The notes under the pieces: generated by a model | Told to the model about the DNA's origin: nothing | Seen by the model: only the letters and a program-made list of their open reading frames with translations | Database searches by the model: none | Shown here: positions 1 through 9,973 of the stretch, one piece after another | Layout: each line of letters opens with the position of its first letter | How positions within the stretch are numbered: the stretch's first letter is position 1 | Assembly: GCA_963815095.1 (NCBI GenBank) | Contig: CAWFFH010000008.1 | Coordinates: 48,986 to 112,985, forward strand | Length of the DNA stretch: 64,000 bases | Reading direction: 5' to 3' | From: Candidatus Bathyarchaeota archaeon | Lineage (GTDB): Archaea > Thermoproteota > Bathyarchaeia > Bathyarchaeales > Bathycorpusculaceae | Position numbers and translations under genes: made by a program

Positions 1-2
1 AA

Positions 3-386
3 CTTGGGAAAAAACATACGGGCGCTTTTACTAAAAATGTAGTTGAAGCTTTGATTAGCCAAGGTGAGCGGTGGCTTGAGGCTGGAGCCGTTCAGTTGGT
101 TGTAGAGGCGCGGGAGAGTGCGAAGGGCGTTGGGTTGTTTGATGATGAAGGGAATCTTAATGTTGGTTTCGCTGATCGTTTCGCAAATGCGTTTGGCCAC
201 AGTGTGGTCATGTTTGAAGCACCTAACAAGCCAAGTCAATTTGCTCTGTTAGATCACTTCGGTCGCCACGTTCATCTATGCAATGTTCGCCTTGAAGAGT
301 TGTTGCGGGTGGAAATTTATAGGCGAGGCCTTCACTCAGATGCTTTTAACAAAGAGAATTTGCGTCCCCATCTTCCGGTGGAATGA
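3..386 (+). CDS. comA: Phosphosulfolactate synthase, 5'-truncated by window edge
   Basis: Motifs LGKK, VVEARES.KGVGLFD, VMFEAP.K.SQ, V.L.NV and EIYRRGL match the ComA C-terminal half; directly upstream of comB. Confidence 0.85.
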   Translation, partial: LGKKHTGAFTKNVVEALISQGERWLEAGAVQLVVEARESAKGVGLFDDEGNLNVGFADRFANAFGHSVVMFEAPNKPSQFALLDHFGRHVHLCNVRLEELLRVEIYRRGLHSDAFNKENLRPHLPVE

Positions 387-411
387 AGCGGTATTAAGGA
401 GAAGAGAGGTT

Positions 412-1125
412 ATGAGCAGAAAATCAGTTGCTATAGATTGTCTAAGCGAGAGTCTATGTCATTATGATGAAAGATGTGCGGTCATAGTTATCGATGTTAT
501 TCGTTCAATAACTGTAGCATCCACGATAGTTGAATCTGGAAGAAGATGTTTTTTTGCTCCTTCGATTGAGGCGGCATTTCTTTTTGCAAAACAGTTTGAC
601 AATCCGTTGCTGATTGGTGAAATGGGCGGGAGCATGCCCTATGGTTTTGACATTAATAATAGTCCGGTGGAAATTGAAAGCCGCAAAGATATTTTGCGAC
701 CTGCAATTCTGGTTTCTTCATCGGGGATACCGCTGCTTTATTCGTTGAGAGATTGCAATTCAGTTTACGTTGCTTGTCTTCGGAATTATAGTGCAACCAT
801 CAAGCATCTCGCTGGACTTTACAATCGAGTAATAGTTCTTGGTGCCCCAACCCGGGGAGAGTTTCGTGAAGAAGATAAACTGTGTTGCGCACGGATTGCA
901 GCTGGCCTCATCAAAGCTGGATATGCTTCTGAAGATGAAAAAACCACGGAGATTGTAAATCGTTGGGCAGAAAAGCCAGTTACGGTTTGTGGTGAAGGGA
1001 AAAGTGCTGAGTATCTCCGAAGATCTGGTCAAGCAAAAGACCTTGATTTTATTCTCAGCCACGTGAACGACCTTAACTCGCCACTTAAGATTAAGAACAA
1101 TGAGATTGTTAAAACACCGGTTTAG
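412..1125 (+). CDS. comB: 2-phosphosulfolactate phosphatase
   Basis: IVIDVIRS.T, L.GE.GG..P.GFD.NNSP, SSSG, ACLRN, EED.LCC motifs; ATG at 412 after GGAG-like RBS. Confidence 0.85.
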   Translation: MSRKSVAIDCLSESLCHYDERCAVIVIDVIRSITVASTIVESGRRCFFAPSIEAAFLFAKQFDNPLLIGEMGGSMPYGFDINNSPVEIESRKDILRPAILVSSSGIPLLYSLRDCNSVYVACLRNYSATIKHLAGLYNRVIVLGAPTRGEFREEDKLCCARIAAGLIKAGYASEDEKTTEIVNRWAEKPVTVCGEGKSAEYLRRSGQAKDLDFILSHVNDLNSPLKIKNNEIVKTPV

Positions 1126-2380
1126 TCGCGGAGTGGAAAAGACGGTTAAACGTGAAAAGGTTACTGCAGAAGATACGAGCGTTCCAGTTGTCGTATTGTA
1201 CACTTACCACTATGGTCAATTAGGCGTCTTGCGTAGTTTTGGAAGGCTCGGCATTGTAGTTCATGGTGTTGATCCAAATCCGCGGTCTCCCGGTCTGTTT
1301 TCCAGATATTGTCAGAAAAAATTCTTGTTTGATATAGACGCTGCACCCTCCCGCGCTTCTGTTCAATACTTATTAGATGTTGCCAAGAAAATTGGAAAAC
1401 GTTCACTTCTGATTCACACAACCGATAGTGGTGCAGGGTGGCTTGCAGACAACGCTGAAGCTTTGAGTGAAGGATACATTTTTCCGAAGCTATCTTCTCA
1501 GCTTGTTTTAGCTCTTGCCAACAAAAAAGAGATGTATTTTCTTGCCAAAAAGTATGGTGTTCCAACTCCCGAGGCGTGCTTTCCACTTTCGCTAAGCGAT
1601 GTTGAAGAATACGTGAAGGATGCAGTTTTTCCGGTAGTTTTAAAGGAGCTTTATCGTGGAGGGTCACCCCGAGTTGGAAAAAGAATGTTCGTGGCAAAAA
1701 CGAAAGCTGAACTTCTCAAGTTTTATAGCCAATGCGAAGATTCTTCGAACCCAAATTTTATGTTACAAGAGTATATTCCAGGTGGGGATGATTCGATTTG
1801 GATGTTTAACGGTTATTTCGATGAAAAATCGGATTGCCTTTTTGGAATGACTGGACGAAAAATTCGTCAATCTCCCATTCATACTGGTGTGACCTCGCTT
1901 GGTGTTTGTTTGAAAAACCCATTAGTTGATGAAATGACGAGGCGCTTTATGAAAAGTATTGGTTACAAGGGGATTCTTGACATCGGATACAGGTACGATT
2001 TGAGAGATGGAAAGTACAAGGTTCTCGATATTAATCCTCGTATAGGTTCAACTTTTCGGCTCTTTGTAGGCGCTAATGGGTTAGATGTTGCCCGCGCCCA
2101 ATATTTAGATCTCACTGGTCAATCAGTTCCTTCAAGTGAGCTTATTGAGGGGCGAAAATGGTTTGTTGAAGACAGAGATTCTGTTTCGAGTTTTCGGTAT
2201 CACTATGAAAAAAGTCTAACCTTTAAACACTGGTTAGCATCATTTCGTGGCGTCCAAGAGAGTGCTTGGTTTGCTTGGGATGATCTTTTGCCGTTTTTCA
2301 TGATGTGCGCCAAGTCTTCAAGAAAAGTGCTTTCTAAAGCAGACAATAATGCGTTAAATCCGTACAAACTTACTCCTTAA
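1100..2380 (+). CDS. ATP-grasp carboxylate-amine ligase (D-aspartate ligase/YfcC-like)
   Basis: LANKKEMY, GVPTP, FPVVLK, MLQEYIPG, GYKGILDIGYRYD.RDGKYKVLDINPR; overlaps comB end; true start may be slightly downstream. Confidence 0.8.
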   Translation: MRLLKHRFSRGVEKTVKREKVTAEDTSVPVVVLYTYHYGQLGVLRSFGRLGIVVHGVDPNPRSPGLFSRYCQKKFLFDIDAAPSRASVQYLLDVAKKIGKRSLLIHTTDSGAGWLADNAEALSEGYIFPKLSSQLVLALANKKEMYFLAKKYGVPTPEACFPLSLSDVEEYVKDAVFPVVLKELYRGGSPRVGKRMFVAKTKAELLKFYSQCEDSSNPNFMLQEYIPGGDDSIWMFNGYFDEKSDCLFGMTGRKIRQSPIHTGVTSLGVCLKNPLVDEMTRRFMKSIGYKGILDIGYRYDLRDGKYKVLDINPRIGSTFRLFVGANGLDVARAQYLDLTGQSVPSSELIEGRKWFVEDRDSVSSFRYHYEKSLTFKHWLASFRGVQESAWFAWDDLLPFFMMCAKSSRKVLSKADNNALNPYKLTP

Positions 2381-2526
2381 ACTCTAAGGAAAACTCGCGA
2401 ATCCTTTCTAAATGCTATAATTTAAGTTCTCTGTTTTCCTAATCTCTTCTTCTTATCAATTAAAGAACAAAAGTTATAATCCTCAACTAAGAATAATCTT
2501 TAACTTCAATTTATCTGGTGATTAAA

Positions 2527-3147
2527 ATGGTATTTGCAAAAAAAGTTGTGTTGGCGGTGGGAGCCCATCCTGATGATATTGAATTAGGGTCTGGCGGGAC
2601 AATCTATAAAGCGGTGCAAGCAGGGGCGCATGTTATTGCTTTGTATATGACAAGGGGCGGAAAAATCACTGACACTAATGTAAGAATGAGAGAAAGCACT
2701 GAGGCCATGAACGTTTTGGGCGTTAATGAAGTCTTTTTTGAGAATTTCCCTGACACGGAGATTCCAGATTCATTTGAAGCCATAAACTGTTTAGAACAAT
2801 ACGCCCTCAAATACCAACCCGATATCGTGCTAACACACTCAATTAACGATATACATCAAGATCACCGAAGAGTAGCTTGGCTTGCAATGTCTTCATTTAG
2901 GAACATACCGAAAGTTCTTGCTTTTGAAACCCCTAGAGTAAGACCTGCGGCTTTCTTGCCTACTTACTTTGTAAATATAACGGGCAGTGTTGACAAGAAA
3001 TGGGAAGCCCTGCGATGCCATGTTTCTCAAAACGAGAAAAGATATCTAGCATACGAATCCACAGTTAATCTTGCTTCTTTTAGAGGGAGCCAGGTTGGTA
3101 TTGCTGCGGCAGAAGCCTTTGAAATTGTAAAATATGTAGAAGGCTAA
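2527..3147 (+). CDS. PIG-L/LmbE family N-acetylhexosamine deacetylase
   Basis: AHPDDIELG and D.HQDH metal-binding motifs, C-terminal AEAF. Confidence 0.9.
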   Translation: MVFAKKVVLAVGAHPDDIELGSGGTIYKAVQAGAHVIALYMTRGGKITDTNVRMRESTEAMNVLGVNEVFFENFPDTEIPDSFEAINCLEQYALKYQPDIVLTHSINDIHQDHRRVAWLAMSSFRNIPKVLAFETPRVRPAAFLPTYFVNITGSVDKKWEALRCHVSQNEKRYLAYESTVNLASFRGSQVGIAAAEAFEIVKYVEG

Positions 3148-3486
3148 ATAACATAGAAGACTATCGTAATGATGATTTTTTAATTCTCAATACAGAAGGT
3201 ATTTCTTTCTTCTTGACAATTTTCTATAGGTTTCATACTACCCTCTTGAGATGCCTTGCATAGAAAAAAAATGATGATTGGCGGAAAATTAATCTCTGAG
3301 TGTGGATCTCTTTACGCATCTGCTCCTGTCAGGGAGGGATTTCAGAGAGATGAGCTCGGATTCCAGAGTTATATTTAGGGATTCGGGATCTTCAGTTTTT
3401 ATATACATTGATCATGATTTGATTAAGATGGCTAATTTGTTATTTGGTGTTGGTTTTCTTTAAATTAACTGATTGAGGTCTCATGT

Positions 3487-4482
3487 TTGCAAACGAATAA
3501 GTTGAAAGTGGCAGTGGTTGGAGTAGGTAAGATGGGCTTAGTGCATGCTAGTATTTTTAACACTCTGCCCAATGTTGAACTTGTTGCATTATGTGATAAG
3601 AGTACTTTGATACGTAAATTCTGTAGTAAACTATTGTCTGGAGTTCATATAGTGGATGATATAACGAAAATATCTGACTTAGACATTGACATAGTTTGTG
3701 TAACTACCCCCATTCCTTCTCATTACTCAATTATCAACAGCTTCTGTTCCACCAAAAAGGCACCAAATATGTTTGTTGAGAAAACCCTTTCTTCTTCCTA
3801 TTCAGATTCTGCAAAACTGTGCGAATTGGTTCGGAATTCAGTAAGCGTTAACATGGTTGGTTATATGAAGAGGTTCGCCGTTACGTTCATAAAAGCTAAA
3901 GAACTGTTAGAACAAGGTGCTATAGGATCTACGTATTCTTTCGAAGCACATGCTTATTCATCAGATTTTTTTGGCCTAAAAAATAATCCTTCACATGTGA
4001 CGTCGAGCCGGGGAGGCGTTCTTAGTGATTTGGGTTCACATGTTATTGATCTTAGTTTATGGTTTTTCGGAGATTTACAGGTTCAAACCGACCAGATCGA
4101 TGCAAATGATATTCAAAACGCAGTAAAGTTTAAAGTCGCAAGCGGTGCCTCTGTTGATGGAATTTTTGATGTATCTTGGTGCAAGGAAGGTTATCATGTG
4201 CCAGAATTTGGGTTATTAATCACCGGTTCTAAGGGTAAAATAGAGGTCGATGATGATGTAGTTGAGTTGTCGCCCGCTTCAGGACAATCAATCCGTTGGC
4301 ATAGACATGACCTTAATGATAATGTAGGTTTCTTACTCGGTGCTCCGGAATATTTCCGAGAAGATGATTATTTTGTTAAATCAATTTTGAATGGCGCTAC
4401 TGCTGAACCTAGTTTTGCTACCGCTTCAAAAGTTGATTATGTAATCGAAAAGGTATTTGATGGAGCTAAAAAAAATGAGTAG
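3487..4482 (+). CDS. Gfo/Idh/MocA family oxidoreductase
   Basis: VAVVGVGKMG Rossmann motif, EK motif, GGVLSDLGSHVIDL. Confidence 0.9.
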   Translation: MQTNKLKVAVVGVGKMGLVHASIFNTLPNVELVALCDKSTLIRKFCSKLLSGVHIVDDITKISDLDIDIVCVTTPIPSHYSIINSFCSTKKAPNMFVEKTLSSSYSDSAKLCELVRNSVSVNMVGYMKRFAVTFIKAKELLEQGAIGSTYSFEAHAYSSDFFGLKNNPSHVTSSRGGVLSDLGSHVIDLSLWFFGDLQVQTDQIDANDIQNAVKFKVASGASVDGIFDVSWCKEGYHVPEFGLLITGSKGKIEVDDDVVELSPASGQSIRWHRHDLNDNVGFLLGAPEYFREDDYFVKSILNGATAEPSFATASKVDYVIEKVFDGAKKNE

Positions 4483-5368
4483 GAAACAACCGATTTTGCT
4501 GGTCGGGGACAATCCATTTCATGGTATTAGCCATCTTTCTCAACAAAATGTTAAAAATAGAGGAACTGACGTTACCAGGGCAAAATACGCTTCTGACATT
4601 GTTAAAACCTCAATCGAAAATGGCGCCAATGGATTCATGTTTTCAGTAAGCGAAACAACTCTCTCAATACTAAATATGCTCCCTGAAAAGGAGCCGAAAA
4701 AACGGCTGCATCTTTATGCACTTGTCCCTTATGCTTACGAATATGTTAGACTGGCCACTCATGAAGGGGGTCTTCCAGGATTGGCAAAGCGCTTTGCTAA
4801 AGAGGTATTGCGATCGGGAAATTTGAAAACTGTTGGTGTTGGATTAAAGGGTGTCTTGACGTCTGATCCAATTGATGTTATGAAAGCCTATCTTTCATAT
4901 GAAATTATTAGAGTTAAAGCTTCTGCAAAGAATCGAGGTGTTTTGCGTTCTGTTTTGCTTCACGAAGTAATTACTGATATGGCTATAGCTCTCAATCTTG
5001 AAAGCTTGGTTAAGTCCTACATTAAGTTTATGAATGACCATGGAATAGAACCTGGATTTGAGACGCGCAATTTTTCCTATCTTGTGAAGAAGTTTAAAGA
5101 ATGGGATATAGATTTTAAGGGAATAGTTCTGGCAGCTCCGTTTAACAAAATAGGTTTCTACATGAACCCTTCTAAGGATGAGTGTGAAAAGTCGCTTGCC
5201 GATGTTTCTGGGGGCACTGTGATTATGATGAGTATTCTGGCGGCAGGTTACTTGAAACCCAAAGAGGCTATAGATTACGTTCTTGGGCTTCCAAATGCTA
5301 ATGCAGTTGTTGTAGGCGTATCTAATGAGAAGCAGGCGCGTGAAACATTCAGTCTTCTTGGAACCTGA
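4475..5368 (+). CDS. Conserved hypothetical protein (possible TIM-barrel/aldo-keto-reductase-like), coupled to the oxidoreductase
   Basis: Intact 297-aa ORF overlapping the upstream stop; GDNPFHGISH, PFNKIGF.MNP, MSILAAGYL motifs. Confidence 0.6.
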   Translation: MSRKQPILLVGDNPFHGISHLSQQNVKNRGTDVTRAKYASDIVKTSIENGANGFMFSVSETTLSILNMLPEKEPKKRLHLYALVPYAYEYVRLATHEGGLPGLAKRFAKEVLRSGNLKTVGVGLKGVLTSDPIDVMKAYLSYEIIRVKASAKNRGVLRSVLLHEVITDMAIALNLESLVKSYIKFMNDHGIEPGFETRNFSYLVKKFKEWDIDFKGIVLAAPFNKIGFYMNPSKDECEKSLADVSGGTVIMMSILAAGYLKPKEAIDYVLGLPNANAVVVGVSNEKQARETFSLLGT

Positions 5369-5457
5369 ACAGAAATAGTTTCAAGGTCTCATTTGCTTAG
5401 AAATAATTTTACCATAAAAGAAGAACAATTAACTTTACTAACATGTGATTTTTTCAA

Positions 5458-6684
5458 ATGACCTCTATTACTCTTTGCATGCTTGCTCCAGAATTTATTC
5501 CTGTCTGGGGCGGAACAGGATCATATACTGTTGAATTGGTTAAGTCTCTCCCAAGCACTATGGATATTCATGTAGTTACACTGAAGCGTGACGTAGGTCT
5601 CTCCGCAAGAAACTCTTCTATCGATAATAATGTAGATGCAATAGTGAAAAGGTCTCTCAAAGTCCATTATTTGACCAAGTCTAGTGAGACATTTTTCTAT
5701 AATCTTCCTTTTCAACTTGCTTGTACCGCAAAAATTCCGGTACTTCACAAGAAGTTCGGCTTTGACATTATGCATTCGCATATGTGTCAGATGCCTGATG
5801 TATATTTAAAACTGCTAAATCAGCTGAAAATTCCGACTGTTGTTACTATTCATGGAACGATTCAAATGCTAAGAGATCATGCGATAATTGCACGCGATTT
5901 GTTTCATGATTTGGAATCTGGTGAGAAATCTATTCTGCGTTTCTATCCAGTAATTAGTCAACTACAACAATTATACGTAAAAAGGGTATCCCGGTTTATT
6001 GCAGTTTCCAAAAAAACTAAGGAGTTAGCTGTGGAACATTTTGGCGTTGACCCGAGCAAAATTAGTTTAGTATACAATGGTGTTGATGTTAATCTATTTC
6101 GAATGCCTGATGAATCTGAACTTCTCAACAGGTATTCAAGCCCAAAAATTGTATACGTTGGGCGAATCATTTCCAAAAAAGGTATAGATATCCTCATCAA
6201 AGCGATGCCTGAGACTTTGAAATCTTTTCCACATGCCTGTTTTGTATTTGTTGGAGGCGGTAACATTTCCCTCTACAAAGAAATGATAAAAAATAAAGGC
6301 ATATCTGAGAAAAACTATCTGTTTACAGGTCATATGGGTTATCTCGAACGAGCAAAAATATTCCGTGAAGCAACAGTATTTGTAAATCCTTCTTTTTTTG
6401 AGAACTGTTCCATTAGCATTCTTGAAGCAATGAGCAGCGGTTGTGCAGTCGTAGCAAGTAATGTAGGTGGCAATCCAGAGCTTATCCAATCTGGAAAGAA
6501 TGGTTTATTGGTACGTGCATTTGATGATAAAGAGTTTGCAAGAGCGATAATTTCACTTCTAAAAGATGAGCATCTGAATAGAATAATTGGAGAGGAAGCA
6601 AGAAAAACCGTCGAAAGATCTTTTTCATCAACAAAATGTGCAAAAGACACATATGAAGTCTATAGACAAACCCTTGATTCATGA
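5458..6684 (+). CDS. GT4 glycosyltransferase
   Basis: PVWGG, YNGVD, VGRI...KG, ENCSISILEAM (EX7E). Confidence 0.9.
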   Translation: MTSITLCMLAPEFIPVWGGTGSYTVELVKSLPSTMDIHVVTLKRDVGLSARNSSIDNNVDAIVKRSLKVHYLTKSSETFFYNLPFQLACTAKIPVLHKKFGFDIMHSHMCQMPDVYLKLLNQLKIPTVVTIHGTIQMLRDHAIIARDLFHDLESGEKSILRFYPVISQLQQLYVKRVSRFIAVSKKTKELAVEHFGVDPSKISLVYNGVDVNLFRMPDESELLNRYSSPKIVYVGRIISKKGIDILIKAMPETLKSFPHACFVFVGGGNISLYKEMIKNKGISEKNYLFTGHMGYLERAKIFREATVFVNPSFFENCSISILEAMSSGCAVVASNVGGNPELIQSGKNGLLVRAFDDKEFARAIISLLKDEHLNRIIGEEARKTVERSFSSTKCAKDTYEVYRQTLDS

Positions 6685-6772
6685 TTTAAAAGTAATACAA
6701 TAGAAATACTTTCGAAATTTGTCAATTTTGTAACAAAAACTCCGTAACATCCTGTAATTAGAATCCAATTAT

Positions 6773-7786
6773 GTGAGTAAATTAGTTATGGCTGAAAACA
6801 ATAGCAATTCTCTTGAAACTCCAGCCATAAGCGTCATTGTGGCAACGAGGGGCGACAAGTTAGATTTCTTGAAAAACTGTCTTTTGTCACTTAAAAATCA
6901 GAAGTTCAGAAACTTTGAAATTATTGTAGTTTCAAAAAGGTTTCCAAAAGAACTAGAAGATTTGTTTGAAACCGAGAATATCAGATTTATTGAGGAAAAA
7001 GGATCGACATTAGGCGCCGCCAGAAATTTAGGGGTTATAAACGCTAAAGGCGAACTGGTTTCATTCATTGATGATGATGCAGAAGCCTCGGTTGACTGGC
7101 TTGGAAAAATATCTAAAACTTTTTCATCTTTCCCTTCATTGACTTCCTTAGGCGGACCACACTTTACACTCCAAGAAAAAACCAAAAAAAGTCCTTTAAA
7201 TTATTTTGAAGGTTTGTTTTTTGAAGGTAATTCCCAAGTAACATATTTTGATAAATCAGCAATTGGGAAGATAGCTGGCTGCAATGTGACGTACAAGAAG
7301 TCTGTCTTTCTAGAAACGGGCTGTTTGAACGAGCAATTGCGAACTTGTGAAGATTGGGATTTTAATAGACGGCTAGTTGAAAAAGGATACAGTTTACGTT
7401 ATGATCCAGAAATTTGGGTTTTGCATCGTAGACAGGGCCTAAAGCATGCCTTCCAAGGCAGTTCAAGAAGTGCGCCGTTTTTCTTGTCAAGGAAGACTCT
7501 TAAACTTGCAAGATACGAATCAATGATTGCCTACTTCTATGTAACGAATTTTCTTTTTATTTTGCTTCTTGTTATTCTGATCATTTCGCCATTGTTTTTT
7601 GTCTTGTTTTTCCTTACAATTTTAGGTGGATATATAATATTTAATGCAGTGAGAACACATACTTATAACCGTAAAATTTTGTATTTTCCGTTAGTAATTT
7701 TATTTACAGGCGCGAGAATATTAGGTTTCTATTTTGGCTTGATCAAGTATGTGGCCTCAAAATTGCGTACTTCTTTTAAGCGATGA
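6773..7786 (+). CDS. GT2 glycosyltransferase with C-terminal TM helices
   Basis: SVIVAT, AARNLG, FIDDD, EDWDF; hydrophobic C-terminus. Confidence 0.9.
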   Translation: MSKLVMAENNSNSLETPAISVIVATRGDKLDFLKNCLLSLKNQKFRNFEIIVVSKRFPKELEDLFETENIRFIEEKGSTLGAARNLGVINAKGELVSFIDDDAEASVDWLGKISKTFSSFPSLTSLGGPHFTLQEKTKKSPLNYFEGLFFEGNSQVTYFDKSAIGKIAGCNVTYKKSVFLETGCLNEQLRTCEDWDFNRRLVEKGYSLRYDPEIWVLHRRQGLKHAFQGSSRSAPFFLSRKTLKLARYESMIAYFYVTNFLFILLLVILIISPLFFVLFFLTILGGYIIFNAVRTHTYNRKILYFPLVILFTGARILGFYFGLIKYVASKLRTSFKR

Positions 7787-7902
7787 TCTTCCCACAAATA
7801 AAATTTTTCTTCAAATCGATAGTAAAAATTTCCAAGAGTTCTATTAATTAAAGAAATCCGACCAACGTTAATTTCTCCTTAAACTACATTAGTTGATCTC
7901 AC

Positions 7903-9030
7903 ATGCACGTTTGTATGATTTCACGAGAATTTCCTCCTGTGACAGGTGGAATAGGCTATTTTGTTTATAATCTCTCAAAAGGGCTAGTCAAAAGGGGTCA
8001 TAACGTTTCGATTATTACTCGTGGATCTACTGGTAAAGTCGAGAAAAAATTGATAGACGGAATTAATGTATATAAAGCTACTTTCTTTCCGTTATATCCT
8101 TTTCATATGGCGTTGCATGGGTTCTTTGTTAATTCTCTTCTTAATTCTTTAAGTCCTGAGGTAAGCTTAGTTCATTTACACTCACCTTTAACTCCAAAAG
8201 TTAAGACTTCTTTACCGGTAGTTATGACTGTTCATACCGCTATGAGGATTGACTCGAGGTATCATGAGGTAGTAGATCCTTACTCATTGGCGGAAAAAGT
8301 GCAATCGATGTATTTTTCGCCCCTTCTTGAATCTCAACTGTTAAGAATTTCAGATATAGTGACTGCTGTTTCTCCTTCCGTTGCTAATGAATTGACCGAA
8401 TACGGAATAGATTCCAGTAAAGTTAAAGTAATGTGGAATGGTGTTAATGAAAAATCTTTTCCAACCAATAAAAATGAGAAATTGGAAAAATATGTATTGT
8501 ACACTGGTGTATTGCGTGCTCGAAAAGGGCTTTTTGATTTAATTAAATGTGCAATCATAGTAAGTAAAATAATACCTGATGCAAAATTTGTTATTTGTGG
8601 TACCGGTCCTCTTCTTCAAAAGTTAAAGGAACAAGTTAAGAGCGCTGGGCTTGAACAGAAAGTAGTTTTCTTAGGTCGCGTAGATAGAAAGAAACTCATT
8701 AAAATATATCAAGGTGCTACGATATATGTTGTGTCTTCTATTTATGAAGGTCTTCCAACAGTTATTCTAGAAGCGATGGCTTGCGGTTTACCAGTTGTAG
8801 CCACTGATATAGGAGGCAATCGCGACTTGATTTCTTCTAATGTAAATGGGCTATTAGTTCCCCCCAGATCTCCTGAGATAATGGCACAAATGATAATGGA
8901 ATTGTGGAATGATGAAAAATTGAGGAAGAAACTCGGCGATTGTGCTAGGAAAACTATTATGAAAAAGTACACATGGGATATGATAACTGACAATTTCATA
9001 AACGTTTACGAGTCCCTTCTCAAAAAATGA
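7903..9030 (+). CDS. GT4 glycosyltransferase
   Basis: EFPP..GG, NGV, RKG, EGLPTVILEAM. Confidence 0.9.
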   Translation: MHVCMISREFPPVTGGIGYFVYNLSKGLVKRGHNVSIITRGSTGKVEKKLIDGINVYKATFFPLYPFHMALHGFFVNSLLNSLSPEVSLVHLHSPLTPKVKTSLPVVMTVHTAMRIDSRYHEVVDPYSLAEKVQSMYFSPLLESQLLRISDIVTAVSPSVANELTEYGIDSSKVKVMWNGVNEKSFPTNKNEKLEKYVLYTGVLRARKGLFDLIKCAIIVSKIIPDAKFVICGTGPLLQKLKEQVKSAGLEQKVVFLGRVDRKKLIKIYQGATIYVVSSIYEGLPTVILEAMACGLPVVATDIGGNRDLISSNVNGLLVPPRSPEIMAQMIMELWNDEKLRKKLGDCARKTIMKKYTWDMITDNFINVYESLLKK

Positions 9031-9124
9031 ACTCTTATTGATTCCAAATGCATTATAAAATAAGACCTCACAGTAAAATGTTGAAATTTAGGATTCTTTT
9101 TTATATTTTGGTTGTGAAAATAGA

Positions 9125-9735
9125 ATGATTAAATCCAAAGAAGATTACGCATTCTATTTTGGCCCAGATCGACTTGCTCTAACTATAAAGCATAAGCGTC
9201 CACGGATATTTCAAGATGAAATTTGGAAATTTGAACGTTTACTTCGAAAAGTCGAATATTTAGAAAACTGTGGAAATAATCGTTTAGATGCGATTATTCG
9301 TTTGCAGGCAAAATATAGCCTTCAAAAGTTAAGTACACAATTTGGGTTTGCGATACCACGTAACGTGTTTGGGCCGGGCTGCAATTGCGCATGGAGGTCC
9401 CATAATAGTGCATTCAAAAGCCTTGGTAGGTGAAAATTGCAGGATTGATCGGTGCGTTTCTAGGTAGTATTCATTACCCTGCAGCTGCCCCCCAGATTGG
9501 TGATAATGTGTTTATTGGACCCGGTGCGGTTATAGATGGTGATATTGAAATTGCAGCTGGAATAGCAATTGGAGCAAATTCGTATGTTAATAAATCTTTT
9601 AGAGAACCCGATATTACAATTGCAGGTTGTCCAGCACGCAAGATATCCGATAAAGGTTCGCGCGAATGTTGGTTTCGATCTACTGAAATTTTGCGAAAGT
9701 TACGTTCAGAAGGTCAAATTAATAAGTTTAAATAA
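9125..9735 (+). CDS. Serine-acetyltransferase-like hexapeptide O-acyltransferase (frameshifted)
   Basis: GFAIPRNVFGPG, AHGGPIIVH, GENCRI, PQIGDNVFIGPGA, IGANSYV, GCPAR spread over three frames; breaks near 9380 and 9460. Confidence 0.75.
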
Positions 9736-9973
9736 TTGCTTTGTTCGTAAAAGATTTGATGTATCTTTGCCCAGGTAAACATCAAATAATAATTGCAGAT
9801 ATCTAAAAACTATTAAATCAACTGTAAATTTATGTAATACATTATGTTGTCCCTCATTGAGAATGTTGGCGATTTTGTCCGCTTTTGAATTTTTGTTTAA
9901 CAAAAAGAAACTAGTTACTATTAATACATATCGTTTATATTGAGGGTTAAGATATGAGATGCAAGTGTGTTGA

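Noticed and set aside
3-1125. comAB as evidence of methanogenesis or coenzyme M synthesis
   Set aside because: No comC/D/E or mcr in view; ComAB also occur in non-methanogens, and the context here is glycan biosynthesis.
3271-3323. Possible C/D box sRNA (ATGATGA...CTGA...TGTGGA...CTGC)
   Set aside because: Terminal D box is CTGC, C' is degenerate, the first spacer is long and there is no terminal stem.
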